Shown here: positions 59,732-64,000 of the stretch, piece after piece
How the letters are laid out: every line of letters begins with the position of its first letter
How positions within the stretch are numbered: position 1 is the first letter of the stretch
Source of the DNA: Gekko japonicus
Taxonomy: Eukaryota
DNA length: 64,000 nt
NCBI RefSeq assembly: GCF_001447785.1
Contig: NW_015176494.1
Span: forward strand, 167,468 to 231,467
Direction: 5' to 3'
Made by a program: the position numbers and the translations under genes
Notes under the pieces: generated by a model
What the model was told of the DNA's origin: nothing
The model's database searches: none
Seen by the model: the letters and a program-made list of their open reading frames with translations, nothing else

Positions 59732-60499
59732 GTAAGAAATCTTAACTGGATTCACATGTTGCATTATGTGCTTATGAAAGGGATGAAGTTCTTTTTTCTT
59801 GGATTTCTTTATAGCAGCTTTCTGTCAAACGAACTAATCATTTGATGAAGCTAGCAGTTTTCTATGGACCCATTTGATTGACTTGAAGTACCTGCAAAAA
59901 TCCATTCAGTTGGCCAGAATCAGTGCATTTGACCCTTATCTGTGTAGCGCTGTCAAATGTATTTGTTCCACAAAGCACAGGCATATTGGGGCTCCTGCTT
60001 TCCCCCACTGCCTATTGGCCTAGTGCATCTTCCAGTTTCTGTTCCCCCACCATATAGAAGAGTGGGAATGGTACATGGGTCAGGACAGGAGCTGTTTTAT
60101 GGTCTGCTTCTAGCCTGAGAACCATTTTATCAGCATCATTTAGGTTGCTCTGTTATGTGTTGTTATGCTCTAGCTTTTTATTGGTATTTCTTTTAAAAAT
60201 CATATGTATTGTTATGTTTTTATTGGTATTATTGTTTTGTTTTTATTGTCTGCTTGGTTTTGTTTTATTGTTGTGAGCTGCCTCTAGCAGGTCTGGAGAG
60301 GCATTATAGATATTTTATAAATAAGAGGTTGGGCTTCTTGGGAGAGGTGAATTTTGAGGAGTGTTTTGCTATTCAGCTTGACACAAAGGGCAAAAGAACA
60401 TGGCTCTTCCTGTTTCTGTATGTTATCCCTGTGTTTGATCTGCTGCTTTACTTCCTAGTCTGCTTGCAGAATGTCACTGAGGGTTTTTTCTCCCCCTAG

Positions 60500-60546
60500 T
60501 GAAGCCTTTTCGTGTGAGAAGAATCCTAGACCTGCAGACCAAGTTT
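60500..60546 (+). CDS. CENPI: CENPI coding exon
   Basis: VKPFRVRRILDLQTKF, with the conserved Mis6/CENP-I VKPFR motif; ctag / gtgagt. Confidence 0.93.
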
Positions 60547-60910
60547 GTGAGTCACTTGAAGCTCATCTTGAAATGAGATTCCTTTAATATGTCTTGATCC
60601 ACCTGTGTTACCATTCAGTTTTGTTTAGCATAAAACTCAGGCTTGCTGCTGTCTAGCGGCTGAATTCACCTGAGATGTGGCAAGAGCTGAGTTGAGATGC
60701 ATCTCAAGTTTTCATCTGTTCTGCTTCTTTCTCTATCACACTCACTCACACACACCTCTATACTGTTGTTTCCTTCTGAAGGGGTCACTGGGGGGTCCTA
60801 CCTGGAGAGATTTGCAGTCCAAATGAAGTGGGATTCAGGAAGTTCTTTTGAGTGTTATGTTTTGACATACCAGGGTTACAACATCTGTTTCTTCTCCTGT
60901 TTCTAACCAG

Positions 60911-61000
60911 GGAGCAGAACCTCCTCTGCAGGCTCTGCTGTCACTGTACAAGAACTTCTGTCCTGAGATGGTCTCTGTAACTTTGCCCACAAACACAAAG
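60911..61000 (+). CDS. CENPI: CENPI coding exon
   Basis: GAEPPLQALLSLYKNFCPEMVSVTLPTNTK; ccag / gtgagg. Confidence 0.93.
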
Positions 61001-61540
61001 GTGAGGAATAGGATGCCTGGGGATGAGGTTTCTGATCTGCTTTCTCTGTGAGAGAACTTGTGTTAGAGTTCAGCAGTGGCTAAATTCTCTTTGTTTCTGT
61101 GGGAAGAAATGTGCGGAGTAGATCTGAGGTGCTTGTAGCTGTGTTCCTATGACATTGTGCGTATTGTAAATTAATGATCGGTTAAAAAAAATCAACATTG
61201 TCATCTAATCATTGCAAATTCTACCTAAAAACATGATTATAAAACTGCATGTATGAATTAGCCTCAGGAAGGTGTGGATGATTGGCTCTTTATTTTTGAA
61301 CATATTATGTTAGTTTGAGAGTTGCTTGGTCTATGCTGGGCAAGTGTTTGCAAATGTTCCATGCTGCTCTATATACTGACTAGACTTCAGATTGCAAAAT
61401 ACAATACAAACATTTTTGCATCTGAGTACTAATACCTCCTTTTTGGCCTCTGAAGAATTTAAAGTTTGTCATTCCTCTCTTCTGAAGGAACTGTTAAGTG
61501 CACCAAGTGAGTAAATTCAGGCAGTGCTTTCTATAGCTAT

Positions 61541-61877
61541 GTTGTTGTTGTTGTTCAGTTGCACAGTTGAGTCTGACTCTTCACAACCCCATGGACCACA
61601 TCGTGCCAGGCCCTTCTGTTCTCTGTTGTCCTCTGGAGTTTGCTCAACTTCATGTTCGTTGCATCGATATAACACTGTCTAACCATCTCATTCTTTGCTG
61701 TCCCCTTCTTCTTTTACCTTCAGTCTTTCCCAGCATCAGCGTCTTTTCCAGTGAACGTTCCCTTCTCATTTGGTGGCCAAAGTATCTGAGCGTCAGTATC
61801 TGGTCTTCCAGGGAACAGTCAGGGTTGATTTCTTTTAGGGTTGACTGATTTGATCTCCTTGCAGTCCAGGGAACTGT
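61541..61877 (-). mobile_element. BovB (RTE) LINE 3' end
   Basis: VPWTARRSNQSTLKEINPDCSLE...YFGHQMRR...LGKTEGKRRRGQQRMRWLD; (CAA)n tail. Confidence 0.9.
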
Positions 61878-62595
61878 AGCTATAGGTTGAGGAAAATCTA
61901 AGAGGTTTTCTAAAAAGTTGGACAAACTGAAATGCAGACAGGAATCCTTAGAAAGAGACTGGGTGGTGTAGTTGAGAAGTAGAAAGCAAAACCAACTCCA
62001 GGCATCTACAGAGTTGACTAGTTGGGGTCCTACCAGGAAGATGTGTCCAGGTCAAAATAAAGCCATTAAAATCAAATGGCAGGCATCAATGTTCACCAAT
62101 GCTTATTGTTCCCTATACTAAACTGGCACACATACAGATTGGCAATGTTCCCATGGACTTCCAATTTAAGGAGATGGGGGTATTTGAAAGGGGCAAGCGT
62201 GCAAACTTCTCTCGTGTGAGCCTTTTAATGCATATTTTAGTTAACAGCTGTGGCCTTACTGCTGGGCAAAAAAGTGCGGTGATAGCAGTGATGCTGCATG
62301 GATAGATTAGAGAAGCATCAGATGTTCTTCCACACCTGCTGGATGTGAATCCAGGAATCTGCTTGTTGTGCATAATAGAGACACTGGAGTGGGTAAACTG
62401 TTCCTCACACCTTTCTGCTGTGCATTCTTGGAGAAGGATGGCAGATCTTGATTGTTGCAAGCCCTGTGTGGGAAGCTCTGTTGATCCACTCACTGGGTCC
62501 ATTGGTGGCTCTTGCTGTTACGATAGGAAAAGGCTGCTGAGTGATGCGGAGTTGCCTCTTGGGTAAAGTACCTCCGTTGCTTTTTGTTTTCTTAG

Positions 62596-62724
62596 GTACA
62601 GTTCAAGAACTCAGAGAACTTGTGGAAAATGGCCATCAGCAACATAAAACGGCGACTCTACGGGACACCGCTTACATCCCAGCCAAATCTAATAGATACA
62701 ACTTGCCCCCAGTCCCGGAAGAGG
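62596..62724 (+). CDS. CENPI: CENPI coding exon (gene continues beyond window)
   Basis: VQFKNSENLWKMAISNIKRRLYGTPLTSQPNLIDTTCPQSRKR; cttag / gtgagt. Confidence 0.9.
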
Positions 62725-64000
62725 GTGAGTTCCTGGTGACTGCTTGAGTCCATCTGTTGGATTATGGGTGTATCTGCCAATCTTTATGTTCTGTTTACAG
62801 TCAATATCAGGAACAAACCAAGAAACTATGTCCAGTCTGCGCGCTTTCCAGTGCTGCCTATTAAAACTATTTACCATCTTATGTTTTAGCACCAGTAATG
62901 GTAGTTGCATCCTCACCTATCTCTTTCTGGCAGGATTTTCTTTAGATCAGCATATGCCTCTGTTTTTAAAGTTCATCCACTGATGGAGGTCTCTAACTAT
63001 GGTTTTGCATGTTTTAATTTGCTAAATGGATTTCTGTCTCAAGTGTTTTAGTGTTCTGTCCCTTCTGGTTTTTGCACATCTCCAGTCTATTTACCAGTGT
63101 GTGAAGAAGGTGTGCATCTACCTGGATGCATCAGATCTGCATGATCAAGATAAATGTAACAAGTAAAAAACTGAATGCAAAAGAGATGAGAAGCTTGCTC
63201 TCAAATTAGGAAAACGGCACAGTTGCCATGGATGGAGGAATTCTTATTTGTCATATTTTCAGAGTGTTCCAGGAGACCCTGGAATTCCTTGGACAGTTAT
63301 CCAAGGCTGCTTAGTGCAGTTCAGGGCAACAGGTGCCCAAGGACATTTGAGTGGCACTTCCTGTCATGTAGGTGATAGTGAGGCCCATTACAACTGATGC
63401 CTTGGAATATGCTGAGTGCATCCTAAAACTTCTTCGATAGATGGGGGAACTTTGGAGAAATCAGTGTTGGAAACACATCCTGACAGGTAGTAAACTTGTC
63501 AAAACCTCCTTATATCCTTTTCTTTTGGCAAAAGCTCAGAGAAGCTTACATGGGATCTTTTATCCCATCACTAATCAAATCCGTAGCTGCTTAGCAGATA
63601 GATGGCTAGATACGCACACACACTTCACAAACCGTCTGCCAGGGAATACGCATTACAAAACTCTAAGAAGTATTTTAAAAGTTTCAGCAATGGTGATACA
63701 AGTTTAGAAAAGGAGGGGGGAAAGTACGGCAATGGGATTGTAGTGAGACACTAATAGGTTCTGTTGAATGGGGACTTCATAGAAACCAGCAGAGCAGACC
63801 TTTCCCTGCCTTCCCCCAAACACCCTGCCATGTGTCCTGAAACTCCTGAGAACTGGGAGAGCCTCACAAGTAAAATGTACCACAGGATGGGATGCTACGG
63901 TGACAAGGGGGGAACAAGGCTAAAGCCACCTTTCTCCCTTGTTCACTGATGCAAGCCTCAGATAGAAGACAGAGGCAGTTTTCCCTGATTAAGAACATAA

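Overview
Vertebrate genomic DNA. The repeat content (Sauria SINE, BovB, CR1, L2, DIRS, hAT MITEs, a 5S-derived SINE) points to a squamate reptile, probably a gecko; this is inference. Three spliced protein-coding genes lie on the + strand: the last five coding exons of TRMT2B (25845-32766), complete TMEM35A/NACHO (39523 or 40229 to 46361), and the promoter plus first eight coding exons of CENPI (52900-62724, continuing past the window end). The first ~25 kb is mostly nested transposon fragments, with no recognisable TRMT2B 5' exons. Most notable observations: (1) a near-identical 0.7-kb tandem duplication gives TMEM35A two intact promoter/first-exon copies; (2) a 5'-intact, 3'-truncated CR1 module (intact esterase ORF1 plus endonuclease) is enclosed by 106-bp inverted repeats; (3) a CpG-rich ~225-bp tandem array has a long hairpin in each unit and an inverted first unit; (4) a both-end-truncated but fully open BovB ORF carries a templated internal duplication; (5) a CR1 has a twin-priming-like 5' inversion. 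There is one assembly gap (47460-47662). I found no convincing evidence of a wholly new biological system. The findings are candidates, and TE family names and boundaries come from recognition by eye, not database searches.
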